Made by a program: the position numbers and the translations under genes
Shown here: one piece after another, positions 1 through 9,948 of the stretch
Position numbering within the stretch: the stretch's first letter is position 1
Layout: the number at the start of each line of letters is the position of its first letter
Source of the DNA: Pseudobacteriovorax sp.
Lineage (GTDB): Bacteria > Bdellovibrionota_B > Oligoflexia > Oligoflexales > Oligoflexaceae
Length of the DNA stretch: 64,000 nucleotides
NCBI GenBank assembly: GCA_050293845.1
Contig: JBNKNM010000009.1
Span: 1 to 64,000, forward strand
Reading direction: 5' to 3'
Notes under the pieces: model-generated
The model's database searches: none
Told to the model about the DNA's origin: nothing
The model's input: the letters and a program-made list of their open reading frames with translations, nothing else

Positions 1-361
1 CCCGCTCTTCGACATTGAAATAACCTAAATATGGTACCTTTCCCACGATAGGAAACCACCACCGGACAAATTTTAGCTTGTCCCTATGAGCTGCTTGGAC
101 CACATGGGAGACGTCATCTTTTTCAAGGTGAATATAATAATCATAGGAATGAGCTGTGTTAAGGCCCTGACTGTTGGCAAAATTTACAACTTTTTGGGAA
201 TAGATGAGTTTATCACGAACCTTTTGAGGCGTGTTCGGATCAGCAATAACCTGTGAAACAAGCCTGCGGGAGTTAAATAGATTATTAAAGTGATAGGCTT
301 GCTTAAGGGTATAGCAGGATGTCATGGATTGGGCTAGAAACCACCATAAAAGGAAACGCAT
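1..361 (-). CDS. Putative aminopeptidase-family (DUF2265-like) lipoprotein, 5' part only; runs off the window start
   Basis: Manual translation from the ATG at 361: MRFLLWWFLAQSMTSCYTLKQAYHFNNLF...VRWWFPIVGKVPYLGYFNVEER. It has a lipobox-like MTSC and the WWFPIVGxVPYxGYF motif typical of this family. Not in the ORF track because it is truncated. Confidence 0.75.
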   Translation of the reverse strand, partial: MRFLLWWFLAQSMTSCYTLKQAYHFNNLFNSRRLVSQVIADPNTPQKVRDKLIYSQKVVNFANSQGLNTAHSYDYYIHLEKDDVSHVVQAAHRDKLKFVRWWFPIVGKVPYLGYFNVEER

Positions 362-378
362 AGACCCGCCTGCTAAAG

Positions 379-396
379 GGAGGGAGAACTCCCTCC
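379..396. repeat. Short perfect inverted repeat just after the ileS stop
   Basis: GGAGGGAG-aa-CTCCCTCC; only a weak U-tract, so more likely a stabilising or processing hairpin than a strong terminator. Confidence 0.45.
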
Positions 397-401
397 ATGG
401 A

Positions 402-3400
402 CTAAATGACTTGAATACCTATTCTACAGGAATCATCATTGATTTCGAAGGTCTCGACAAATTTTGTTTCCAGAGCATCGTTACCACAAATAATCAAATC
501 CTGAGCTAACGTTTCTTGGCAAATGTAGTCCTTATTCTCCCGAACTGCTTGGCTTAAAATTTCAGAAGCTTTAAATTTAATCATGATTCTATCACTAATA
601 TTAAGTCCTGAATCCTTGCGGAAATTTTGAATTCTATTCACAACTTCCCTTGCTAATCCTTCCCGTATGAGTTCCGGTGTCAATTCTGTGTCGAGCAGCA
701 CCGTAACTCCAAGCCCTGTAGCAATCAATCGATCATCTTTAGGTCCACGATCAATCAAAAAATCTTCTTCGCTCAAGGATTCGCCCAGGATTTTAACGGA
801 GCCCTGCTGCTCCAAGCTCGCAAGCAACTGGCTGATCGCAGCAGGTGCAGCATTTAGGTTCTCTAAATGTTCCTTAAACTCTTTTAGACGCTTACCGAAA
901 CGCTTACCTAATGTCCTAAGATTGGGTTTTAAAGATAAGGCTACAAAGTTAGCCTCGTCTGTAGAGAAACTGAGCTCCTTAAGGTTTAGTTCGGCTTTGA
1001 TAAGGTCAGAGGCTTGCTGAATTTTAATCTGATCCTCTTTTGAACGCGAGATGACCAGCATACCAGGTAGTACCTGCCGCGTCTTTATCTGATGCTTTGC
1101 CCTCAAGCTCCGACCCAACTCAGCAACCGTCCTTACCAGAACCATTTTGCGTTCCAAAGCTTCATCAATGACCTGCAGCTTCGCATGCGGCATATCTGCA
1201 AGATGGATCGACTCGGGAACCTCGTTCAGCCCATGAATCAGCTCCCGATAAACCTTCTCAGCAGTAAAAGGAGCAAACGGAGCAAAAATTTTCATAAAGT
1301 TTACAAGTACATAATAAAGTGTTTGATATGCTTCCCTCGTTTCTGGCGAAAGTTTCTCTTGGCCTCCCCAAAATTTACGCCGGCTTTGCCGGATGTACCA
1401 GTTGGTAAGGTCCTCTATAAAACCGATAACTGTGGGAACCACATTATAAAGGTGATAAGCCTCCATCTCCTGATTGACATCTCTAATGAGGGAATGGAAC
1501 TTAGAAATGATCCAACGATCGAGCTCACTGCTGACTTGAGGTGTCTTACCGTTTACAAGATCGGCGTGGGGATTCCATCCATCGGCCTCAGCGTAGGTTG
1601 TGAGGAAACTAAGCGAGTTCCAGACAGGTAAAATTACAGCACGGGTAGTATCCTTGACACCTTCATTTTTAAATTTGAGATCTTCACCCCTTAATATTGC
1701 TGAATTCAGCATATATAGCCGCACACTATCGGCACCAAACTCATTAATAAGATCGATTGGTGGTGTATAGTTACGCCATCTTTTAGACATCTTTCGCCCA
1801 TCTGCTGCTAGGACAAGGCCATTGACCACGACATTTTTAAAGGCAGGACGCTTGAACAAAGCTGCACTCAAGACACTGAGGGTATAGAACCAACCCCTGG
1901 TTTGATCTAAACCTTCAGCTATAAAGTCAGCAGGAAAAATAGATTCAAAGCGCTCCTTGTTTTCGTAGGGATAGTGAAGCTGAGCATAAGGCATAGATCC
2001 TGACTCGAACCAGCAGTCAAATACCTCAGAGATCCGCTTCATTTTTCCATCACAAGAGGGGCAGTCGAATTTTAGCTCATCAATATGATGTTTGTGGATA
2101 TCTGTAATAGTCTGCCCGGTTTTTTCCTCAAGTTCAGCCACATTTTTGATACAGGTGATATGGTTCTCATCATTTTCGCAAATCCATATAGGGATGGGAG
2201 TTCCCCAAAAACGATTGCGGCTGATAGCCCAATCTCTGGCACTTTCAAGCCATTTGCCCATCCTCCCTTCTTTCAGATGCCCAGGTACCCAATTAATATG
2301 CTGATTATTAGCAACTAGCTGATCCTTAAACTTTTCTACTGCAACATACCATGAGGGAATAGCCCGATAAATCAAGGGACCATTCGTACGTTCGCACATG
2401 GGATAGCTGTGCACTATGGTATCGTGGCGCAAAATTTTCCCCTGGTCTTTAAGCATTTTGATTATATTTTTATCAGCATCCTTAACAAATTGACCAGCAA
2501 ACTCAGGAATAATATCTTTATAGCGCGCCTCTTCATCAAGGGGGTCTACAATTTCAATACCCAGTTTATTACAAGCATAAAAGTCATCTTCACCATAGGC
2601 TGGGGCTTGATGGACAATGCCTGTACCCTCATCGGTCGTAACATAATCAGCGGCGATTACCTGAAAAGCGCGGGGCTGATCTTTAAAATAAGGGAATAAT
2701 GGTTCATATTTTTTACCAACAAGCTCATGTCCCTCCAGCTCTTCGAGGAGATCATAGCTAGGTTCTTTTTGCTTCTTCGCTTTTTTAAAAACCTTATCCA
2801 ACAGGGGTTTTGCCAGATAATACACGTTTCCATCTTCATGGGCTCGGACTTTGACATAGGGGATATCCGGCCCTACAGCTAAGGCAAGGTTTGCAATGAG
2901 CGTCCAGGGTGTCGTTGTCCAGGCAAGCAATGATGCTTCCTCCCCTTTCACCTTAAACTTAACAATCACAGCAGGGTCTTGCACATCTTGGTAGTTTTGG
3001 TTCGCTTCAAAATTTGACAGCACAGCGGTGATACGAGGGGAATACGGTACGACTTTGTAACCCTGGTAGATCAAGCCTTGCTCATGGAGGGAATGGAATA
3101 CCCACCAAACAGACTCCATAAAAGGCAAGTCCATGGTCCGGTACTGGCGTTCCCAATCGACCCAACGCCCCAACCTTTGGATCGTTGTTTTCCACTCTCC
3201 CACATAGTGTAGTACCGATTTGCGGCACTTCTCATTAAATGCAGCAATACCCATGTTAAGAATATCCTGGCGACCATTTAGATTTTCGTTTTTCTCTACC
3301 TCAAATTCCACAGGTACGCCATGAGTGTCCCAGCCAAACCGTCTGTCGACCTTGTAGCCGCGCATATTCCAATAGCGAGGGACCGTGTCTTTAATAGTAT

Positions 3401-3581
3401 TGGCAAGTAAGTGTCCATAGTGCGGAAGGCCATTAGCAAATGGTGGCCCGTCATAAAATGCAAATTCTTGACTATCTTTCCGATTTTCATTTGATTTCTT
3501 GAAAACTTCTTCTTGGCTCCAAAACGTTAGGATTTCTTCTTCGATTTTGGGAAGATCCACATTTGCCGCAACTGATTTCAT
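402..3581 (-). CDS. ileS: Isoleucine--tRNA ligase (type 2, IleRS2)
   Basis: FYDGPPFANGLPHYGH (HIGH-type motif), GWDTHG, WTTTPWTL, KMSKR, DCWFESGSMP, EGLDQTRGWF; C-terminal EGLAREVVNRIQ..RK domain of IleRS2. Confidence 0.97.
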   Translation of the reverse strand: MKSVAANVDLPKIEEEILTFWSQEEVFKKSNENRKDSQEFAFYDGPPFANGLPHYGHLLANTIKDTVPRYWNMRGYKVDRRFGWDTHGVPVEFEVEKNENLNGRQDILNMGIAAFNEKCRKSVLHYVGEWKTTIQRLGRWVDWERQYRTMDLPFMESVWWVFHSLHEQGLIYQGYKVVPYSPRITAVLSNFEANQNYQDVQDPAVIVKFKVKGEEASLLAWTTTPWTLIANLALAVGPDIPYVKVRAHEDGNVYYLAKPLLDKVFKKAKKQKEPSYDLLEELEGHELVGKKYEPLFPYFKDQPRAFQVIAADYVTTDEGTGIVHQAPAYGEDDFYACNKLGIEIVDPLDEEARYKDIIPEFAGQFVKDADKNIIKMLKDQGKILRHDTIVHSYPMCERTNGPLIYRAIPSWYVAVEKFKDQLVANNQHINWVPGHLKEGRMGKWLESARDWAISRNRFWGTPIPIWICENDENHITCIKNVAELEEKTGQTITDIHKHHIDELKFDCPSCDGKMKRISEVFDCWFESGSMPYAQLHYPYENKERFESIFPADFIAEGLDQTRGWFYTLSVLSAALFKRPAFKNVVVNGLVLAADGRKMSKRWRNYTPPIDLINEFGADSVRLYMLNSAILRGEDLKFKNEGVKDTTRAVILPVWNSLSFLTTYAEADGWNPHADLVNGKTPQVSSELDRWIISKFHSLIRDVNQEMEAYHLYNVVPTVIGFIEDLTNWYIRQSRRKFWGGQEKLSPETREAYQTLYYVLVNFMKIFAPFAPFTAEKVYRELIHGLNEVPESIHLADMPHAKLQVIDEALERKMVLVRTVAELGRSLRAKHQIKTRQVLPGMLVISRSKEDQIKIQQASDLIKAELNLKELSFSTDEANFVALSLKPNLRTLGKRFGKRLKEFKEHLENLNAAPAAISQLLASLEQQGSVKILGESLSEEDFLIDRGPKDDRLIATGLGVTVLLDTELTPELIREGLAREVVNRIQNFRKDSGLNISDRIMIKFKASEILSQAVRENKDYICQETLAQDLIICGNDALETKFVETFEINDDSCRIGIQVI

Positions 3582-3770
3582 GACTCTCTCTTCTTTGTAA
3601 GCTCTATCTCTATTCGTACCATTTGCCTAATACCTATTTCCTTCTACACGCAAAAATAATCAATATAAACCACAAAGCTCGACAATACTATCGCTACGCA
3701 TTGCAAAATGACATACAAGTCCTGCCGACCAACCCTATGGTCTTTTTTCACAGTTACAAATAAGACAATT

Positions 3771-3800
3771 CATGGACTTAATCCCAGTCCATGCTATAAT
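3771..3800 (+). promoter_or_regulatory. Sigma70-like promoter overlapped by a palindrome, upstream of the PilZ gene
   Basis: CATGGACT-N7-AGTCCATG (3771-3793) abuts an extended -10 TGcTATAAT (3792-3800). Confidence 0.5.
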
Positions 3801-3838
3801 TTGGACTAGATCATAAAGATTTTCATTGTGGAGACTTC

Positions 3839-4219
3839 ATGCCCAAAAGCCGGTCCACGCAAAGTGGATTAAAGCACAGAGCACAGCGGTATGTATCCCA
3901 TGCTCTTGTCGAAGTTAAGCGCTTTAAATACTTGCCATTTTTCTGCGATAGTGCGGTTCTACTAGATATTAGCGTCGGTGGATTCAAAATCGAATTCACA
4001 GCGGAAGTTCAAGTAGCCCCTGGAAATCAATACTGGCTCAGTATTCCCTTATCACCATTGGGAATTTATGCACCCAAAAAACTATTGTGTAAGTGCGAGT
4101 GCCGCTGGTTTGATGAAACACGCTACCGCATTGGTGGTACATTTATCGATCTGAGTAAAACTGATCGCATGCTTATTGAACAGATAGTATCCAGCCTAAA
4201 AAGCCGAGGTCAACTGTAG
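3839..4219 (+). CDS. Stand-alone PilZ-domain protein
   Basis: HRAQR (degenerate RxxxR), LLDISVGG (DxSxxG), CECRW, IGGTF; GGAG RBS upstream. Confidence 0.8.
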   Translation: MPKSRSTQSGLKHRAQRYVSHALVEVKRFKYLPFFCDSAVLLDISVGGFKIEFTAEVQVAPGNQYWLSIPLSPLGIYAPKKLLCKCECRWFDETRYRIGGTFIDLSKTDRMLIEQIVSSLKSRGQL

Positions 4220-6196
4220 GCTACTCATCGTAGGTTGAAACCAAGGGGTATCATCGCAGAACTTACCCTCTTCGTATACTCTGATTTGAATACTTAAGTC
4301 TTTTGCCTCAGCGTTCACAGCTTCGACAATCTCTAATTCACCCTTTTGAAAGTGAAAGGGAACGTCAATTCGATATCTCCCTTTGGCAGTAAAGAAGTTG
4401 CTATTATTCCAAACTTCAAAAATAACAAGCTCGGCATCTTCCTGCTGGATTGACACCTCCCATTTAAACGACTGGTGACTCTCATTGCCAAGCTTCGCGC
4501 TTATCAGTAACTTTCCACTTACAATAATCGCACCAAAATAGCCGATATTCACTACTTCACAGGCATCCACCTTTTCATCACTATCAACCCGAACCTGTCT
4601 GGGGATAAGATTAAACCAATCACCTATAGTCCCATCAACAACAAGACCATCGGGATGGTTCACCGATACACGGGGGTCACTAGCTAGAACTAGCTCTGTA
4701 AGATCACTCCAGCCGTCAAAGTCACTATCCTGGTAGGTGTCATTGGTTTGCATTTCAGCTTCAATACCTCCTGGAACTCCATCACCATCTAGATCTTGAA
4801 TGCGCCAAGGCTCAAGAAGAAGAATATCGCTATTACCTGCCTGCCATTCATCTAAAGCCCCTCCTGGATCATCCTGATCTAGTTTATCACCTAAAAAACA
4901 TAGCATCAGGTTTTCTTCCTCCTCCTGGCAGCGTTTGATCAAGGTAGCCATAGTGAGTCCCTGGGAACTATCGAGACTGAGGAACAGTCCGAGTTGAGCC
5001 ATACTAAATTCAGGAATAACCTGAGAGATAACGGAAAAGGCTTGTAAATATCCATAAATGCCAATTTTCTGTCTTATTAAGCTCAAAGAACTCGCCACCG
5101 AAAAAATAGGGGTCAAAGGCGACAGTGCCTTATCGTAATGCTTTAAATGTAGCTCCATTTGCTCTTGCAGTATTTGCTGTATTTGTCGACTGTTATCCCA
5201 AAGGCGATTTTCTGGATAGCGCCACTGGCTTGTATCGACTCCCAATATGCCTACTGAGGGAAGCATTTCTCTGGTGGTTGTACTCATCTGACCTTGAAGG
5301 ACTATGATACTATCACGAATGGGTAATAAAGAAGCATAAGTATGGGCGTGTACCTGTAGCAATGATCTTATTTCGGAAATAGTAACCGATGGCAATGGTG
5401 TAGCGGTTATCCAATGGATCGTATATGTATGTCCATCGCGGGCTAAATCGCAGCTTGCCAAGTCGAAAACCTGATTCCCTTGATAGCTTGAAGATCGTAC
5501 TTGAGTGGGAAAGATGATGCTTTGTGAACTAGGCTCTATCTCTATACTCACAGTCCAGACAGGAAAATATTGTACCCCATCGAGGAGAAAATGGGAGACT
5601 AGTATTTCAACCCCTTCATCTGTAAAGCTAAAAGCTGCCAAATCACTACTATCAATCCGAGTTGTAACACCATTTTTTTCTCTGAAAATGGCATCTTTTG
5701 TAAATATGAGTTTAAATCCTGGCTGCAGCAACGTTTGCGAACCATGTTTTGTCAAAGTGTGAAAATTAATATCTATAGCGCTTCCATCCCAGCTATAACC
5801 AATGAATAAAGCAAGTCCGGTTTCGGTGACAGCAAATTTAAGAGGAATAGCTGATCCTGATATATCTGTTCCTATGGCGCTAGTTTCAACCGCTCCCCAC
5901 TCACTTGCTAAGCCATCAAGACGAAACCCTTCTATATAATCCCATAGCGACAGAGGCTCCTTACCATCACAACGTTCTTCTTCACCAAGTTTTGAATCGA
6001 ATGAAAATGCAGCCACATGGGATAGGTCGTCGGATTCTTCCATCTGCTCATCTCCTGACGCCACATCTTGACTTTCAGGAACTGTAGCCCCTTTGTTTCC
6101 CGTTTTAGAGCAATTAAGTTGCATGCACATTAATAGGAGAACTATTGTACACTGAAATTGCTTCGATTTAGTCGTAAAATACATTATATCACCCAC
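4196..6196 (-). CDS. Hypothetical lipoprotein with DxDGDG-type Ca-binding repeats
   Basis: N-terminal hydrophobic stretch ending LNC; DLDGDGVPGGIE and DSDFDGWSDLTE motifs; two (L/V)DG...(E/D)W motifs. Exact start uncertain. Confidence 0.6.
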   Translation of the reverse strand: MGDIMYFTTKSKQFQCTIVLLLMCMQLNCSKTGNKGATVPESQDVASGDEQMEESDDLSHVAAFSFDSKLGEEERCDGKEPLSLWDYIEGFRLDGLASEWGAVETSAIGTDISGSAIPLKFAVTETGLALFIGYSWDGSAIDINFHTLTKHGSQTLLQPGFKLIFTKDAIFREKNGVTTRIDSSDLAAFSFTDEGVEILVSHFLLDGVQYFPVWTVSIEIEPSSQSIIFPTQVRSSSYQGNQVFDLASCDLARDGHTYTIHWITATPLPSVTISEIRSLLQVHAHTYASLLPIRDSIIVLQGQMSTTTREMLPSVGILGVDTSQWRYPENRLWDNSRQIQQILQEQMELHLKHYDKALSPLTPIFSVASSLSLIRQKIGIYGYLQAFSVISQVIPEFSMAQLGLFLSLDSSQGLTMATLIKRCQEEEENLMLCFLGDKLDQDDPGGALDEWQAGNSDILLLEPWRIQDLDGDGVPGGIEAEMQTNDTYQDSDFDGWSDLTELVLASDPRVSVNHPDGLVVDGTIGDWFNLIPRQVRVDSDEKVDACEVVNIGYFGAIIVSGKLLISAKLGNESHQSFKWEVSIQQEDAELVIFEVWNNSNFFTAKGRYRIDVPFHFQKGELEIVEAVNAEAKDLSIQIRVYEEGKFCDDTPWFQPTMSSLQLTSAF

Positions 6197-6387
6197 AAAA
6201 TTGCATACAAAGCTATCGCAGGAGATGGTTAGCTATGATAGTATGCTGCTGCTTGATATTATGACATGACAAATAGCTATGAACCAGTCCAGTCTTGGGA
6301 GTTTTCGAATTATCCACTATCAAGTCTGTGAAACTTACATTACTTTTATCGAAACTTTTAGGAAGCAATCATTTTCGGGAGAATATA

Positions 6388-7707
6388 ATGAAAATAACCA
6401 AATATCGCGGTTCCTTTCCCGAAGGTAACGGCAATCCCGTCTTCATTGACGGAGTGAGAACCCCTTTCGTAAAGTCCTTTGGGGTTTTTCAACATGCCGA
6501 TGCCTTGGAGTTATATAGTCAAGTTGTGGATGGATTAATTAGAAAAGCAGATATCGACCCGGAACTAATCGATGAGGTTGCAGCAGGGGTTGTCATTCCA
6601 CAAACAAAGAATGCCAATGTTGCAAGAGATGCTATCATTAACCTGGGACTTCCCTCCCATATTCACGGCTATACCCTAAACCGTGCTTGTACCAGTAGCA
6701 TGCACTCTGTTGCAGATGCAGCTAAGGAAATTAAATTCGGCCATCCCACAGTCACCCTAGCAGGTGGCGTAGAATGCTTAAGCGATGTACCGATCGCCTA
6801 TTCTAAAGAAGCTCGTCAATTTTTATTATCTCTTAACAAGGCTAAATCTGCTGCCGACCGTCTCACCACCATCAAATCTTTTTCCGCAAAAGATTGGTTG
6901 CCCCGACCACCAGCTCTAGCAGAACCACTCACTGGGCTAACCATGGGGGAAAGCGCAGAGATTATGGCAAAAATCAATTATATTTCTCGAGAAAGCCAAG
7001 ACGAGTTTGCCGTTCGTTCTCATGAAAAGGCCGCCAAAGCCCAAGAGAATGGCTATTTTGATGAAGAGATGATCCCCGTTTGGCCTTCCCCCAACTTCGG
7101 ATGTATTGACAAAGACAATATTATCAGAGCTGATACTAGCCTAGAAAAAATGGCAAAACTTAAGCCTGCTTTTGATCGGAAGTACGGAACGTTAACTGCA
7201 GCAAACTCATCGGCACTCACGGACGGAGCTGCTGTATCCCTTATCGCCGATGAGCAGGTGGCTCGTTCATTAGGCTTAACTCCCAAATCTAAAATTTTGG
7301 ATTTCACTTTTGTTGGTGTCAACCCTAAAGATCAACTCCTCATAGGTCCAGCCATAGCCATTCCCCTTTTATTGAAGCGCAACGGTATGGCCATCGATGA
7401 TATCGACCTATTCGAAATTCATGAAGCCTTTGCTGCCCAAGTACTCAGCTGTATGAGATCAATGGAATCTGAAGATTTTTGTGAGCGCTACTTCGGAGAT
7501 AGTAAGCCATTTGGTTCTATTCCAGAAGATAAGCTCAATGTAAATGGTGGAGCCATAGCCATTGGCCATCCCTTTGGCGCTACAGGTTCTCGTTTGGTAA
7601 CGACATTAAGCAATGAATTAATCCGAAGGGATAAAAGCATTGGTTTAATCGCTATTTGTGCGGCTGGTGGTATGGCTGGTGCGATGCTAATTGAAAGAAC
7701 AAAATAA
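6388..7707 (+). CDS. fadI: Acetyl-CoA C-acyltransferase (thiolase, FadI-type)
   Basis: RTPF, NRACTS (catalytic Cys), HEAFAAQ, GAIAIGHPFGATG, CAAGG; start reassigned to ATG 6388 after GGGAGA. Confidence 0.92.
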   Translation: MKITKYRGSFPEGNGNPVFIDGVRTPFVKSFGVFQHADALELYSQVVDGLIRKADIDPELIDEVAAGVVIPQTKNANVARDAIINLGLPSHIHGYTLNRACTSSMHSVADAAKEIKFGHPTVTLAGGVECLSDVPIAYSKEARQFLLSLNKAKSAADRLTTIKSFSAKDWLPRPPALAEPLTGLTMGESAEIMAKINYISRESQDEFAVRSHEKAAKAQENGYFDEEMIPVWPSPNFGCIDKDNIIRADTSLEKMAKLKPAFDRKYGTLTAANSSALTDGAAVSLIADEQVARSLGLTPKSKILDFTFVGVNPKDQLLIGPAIAIPLLLKRNGMAIDDIDLFEIHEAFAAQVLSCMRSMESEDFCERYFGDSKPFGSIPEDKLNVNGGAIAIGHPFGATGSRLVTTLSNELIRRDKSIGLIAICAAGGMAGAMLIERTK

Positions 7708-7719
7708 ATAGAGGTCGCT

Positions 7720-9861
7720 ATGACAAATTATTTTAAGTACGACACGTTAGATAACAATGTTGCCAAACTCACTTATATTCAGGAAAATAATCCAGTTAAC
7801 ACCCTAGGGGAAGCACCACTACGGGAGTTAAACGATATCTTGGATGATGTTGCCAGCAACAGTGATGTCAAGGGACTCATCCTTTGCTCTGGTAAAAAAG
7901 ATTTTATCGTTGGTGCAGATATCAGCGAAATTGAGAACTTCAAAAGTGCTGATGAAGCCCGCGATGGGTCTCTTAAAATGCAGAGTATTTTGAACAAGCT
8001 CGAAGCCCTGGAAATTCCCACTGTCGCTGCTATTAATGGCCAGTGTCTGGGAGGAGGTTTAGAACTATCTCTCGCCTGTGATTGGCGTGTTCTGAGTGAA
8101 GACTCTAAACTTGGCTTTCCAGAAATTCAACTAGGACTGATTCCGGGAGCCGGAGGTACCCAGCGTACGCCACGACTCATAGGAATACAAAATGCCCTCG
8201 ACCTGATTCTAACCGGCAAAAGAATAAACGGTAAAAAGGCAGTGAAATTAGGGTTAGCTGATGCAGCCGTGCACCCACATCAATTGGAAGATGTGGCACT
8301 CAAATTTGCTACCAAAAAACGCACTCATAAATATAAGCCGAAAGGTAAGAACTTTAGTGAAGACCTTACCCGTATGGCCACGGAGAACAATCCATTCGGT
8401 CGTAGGGTCATGGAGAAAAAAGCCAAAGAAATGGTAGAAAAAAACACTAAAGGCTTTTATCCCGCACCATTTAAAGCTTTATCGGCTGTTTTTGATGGAT
8501 TTGAGAAAAAAATTGAAAAAGGTTTCGAGTTAGAGGCCAAACTTTTTGGAGAATTATCACAGACGAAAGAAAGTCATAGTCTCATCCATCTTTTCCATGC
8601 CACAACCCATGCTAAAAAGAACAATTTTGGTGATGCTTACAAAGAAAAACTTGGTGATTACGATGCTAAGCTGATCGGGGTTATCGGCTCTGGTTTTATG
8701 GGAGCTGGTATCGCAACTGTCCTTGCCGACCGGGGAGTAAGGGTACGGCTATCTGATCCCAACAAAGAGTCGACCTCTAGAGCGCTAAAAGGAGCCCATA
8801 ACTATTTCGCTAAGAAGGCAAAACGGCGTAAAATTCAGCCCTTTGAAGTCGATCAAAAGCTAGCCTACATTTCTCCAGGCCTCAGCACCAAGGGGTTTTC
8901 CAATGCCGATATCGTTATCGAAGCTGTTTTCGAGGATCTGGATTTAAAGCAGAAGATTTTAGCTGAGATTGAAGGATTCGATAATGAAAACCTGATCATT
9001 GCATCCAACACCTCTGCAATACCCATTACCGATATTGCATCCCAAAGCAAACGACCTGAGAATGTGTTGGGAATGCATTTCTTTTCACCAGTTGAAAAAA
9101 TGCCCCTGCTGGAAATTATCACTACTGACAAAACTGCAGACTGGGTAACCGCCAGCGCTGTTCGTCTCGGCCAAAAAATGGGCAAGCAGGTCATCGTAGT
9201 AAAAGACAGCCCCGGATTCTATACCACAAGGGCCCTGGCCTTTTTCCTTGCCGAAGCAGCGCTGATGCTTTCTGAAGGAATCACTATAGAAGAGATTGAT
9301 AATGCTTTAGTCGAGTTTGGATTCCCGGTTGGCCCTGTCACGTTGATGGATGAGGTTGGCATTGATGTTGGAGCCCACGTGCTTGAAACAATGCAAAAAG
9401 CATTCGAAGATCGGGTTAGGATTCCTGAAGGACTTAACGCCATACAAGAATCTGGTCGCCTGGGACGGAAGAACGGTAAGGGCTTTTATGAATACCAAGG
9501 TGACAAGAAAGGTGACCCCGATTCATCGATCTATAAGCTTATTCCTAATTGGACCAAAAGTTCTCTCAACGATGACGAAATCATCGATCGTTGCGCCCTA
9601 GTATTTGTCAATGAGTCCGCTCGATGTCTGGAGGAGGGCGTGCTACACTCAGCCTATGATGGTGATGTTGGCGCGGTATTTGGGCTTGGATTTCCTCCAT
9701 TTTGGGGTGGACCGTTTAAGTACGTGGACCATGTTGGAGCTAAAATCATTGTCGATCGTTTAGAAACTCTAGCAGAGAAGTATGGGGAAAGGTTTGCTCC
9801 CAGCGAGCTTTTAAAAAAGCATGCCGCAAGCAATACTCAATTTTTCCCAGAAGAGAACTAA
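7720..9861 (+). CDS. fadJ: Fatty-acid oxidation complex alpha subunit (enoyl-CoA hydratase / 3-hydroxyacyl-CoA dehydrogenase)
   Basis: FIVGADI, CLGGGLE, PGAGGTQR, GSGFMGAGIA, SNTS, MHFFSPVEKMPLLE; follows fadI. Confidence 0.93.
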   Translation: MTNYFKYDTLDNNVAKLTYIQENNPVNTLGEAPLRELNDILDDVASNSDVKGLILCSGKKDFIVGADISEIENFKSADEARDGSLKMQSILNKLEALEIPTVAAINGQCLGGGLELSLACDWRVLSEDSKLGFPEIQLGLIPGAGGTQRTPRLIGIQNALDLILTGKRINGKKAVKLGLADAAVHPHQLEDVALKFATKKRTHKYKPKGKNFSEDLTRMATENNPFGRRVMEKKAKEMVEKNTKGFYPAPFKALSAVFDGFEKKIEKGFELEAKLFGELSQTKESHSLIHLFHATTHAKKNNFGDAYKEKLGDYDAKLIGVIGSGFMGAGIATVLADRGVRVRLSDPNKESTSRALKGAHNYFAKKAKRRKIQPFEVDQKLAYISPGLSTKGFSNADIVIEAVFEDLDLKQKILAEIEGFDNENLIIASNTSAIPITDIASQSKRPENVLGMHFFSPVEKMPLLEIITTDKTADWVTASAVRLGQKMGKQVIVVKDSPGFYTTRALAFFLAEAALMLSEGITIEEIDNALVEFGFPVGPVTLMDEVGIDVGAHVLETMQKAFEDRVRIPEGLNAIQESGRLGRKNGKGFYEYQGDKKGDPDSSIYKLIPNWTKSSLNDDEIIDRCALVFVNESARCLEEGVLHSAYDGDVGAVFGLGFPPFWGGPFKYVDHVGAKIIVDRLETLAEKYGERFAPSELLKKHAASNTQFFPEEN

Positions 9862-9892
9862 CCGTGTGCTGAAAATGCGCCTGGAACATACT

Positions 9893-9935
9893 CCATGCCT
9901 TGATGGTGTGATAGATACTCCTCATCAAGGCATGG
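9893..9935. terminator. Hairpin between convergent fadJ and PAP2 genes, probable bidirectional terminator
   Basis: Perfect 13-bp arms CCATGCCTTGATG / CATCAAGGCATGG. Confidence 0.65.
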
Positions 9936-9948
9936 GTAAATACCTTTT

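Noticed and set aside
324..509. 61-aa plus-strand ORF and the many other short ORFs antisense to or nested in long genes
   Set aside because: Shadow ORFs of well-supported genes, with no motifs or RBS support
3705..3731. AAAA-N15-GCCGACCA as a sixth sigma-28 site upstream of the PilZ gene
   Set aside because: Weak match in both boxes, and a better sigma70-like promoter lies closer to the gene
3582..3838. T-box or other leader upstream of ileS
   Set aside because: No T-box consensus or terminator/antiterminator structure visible
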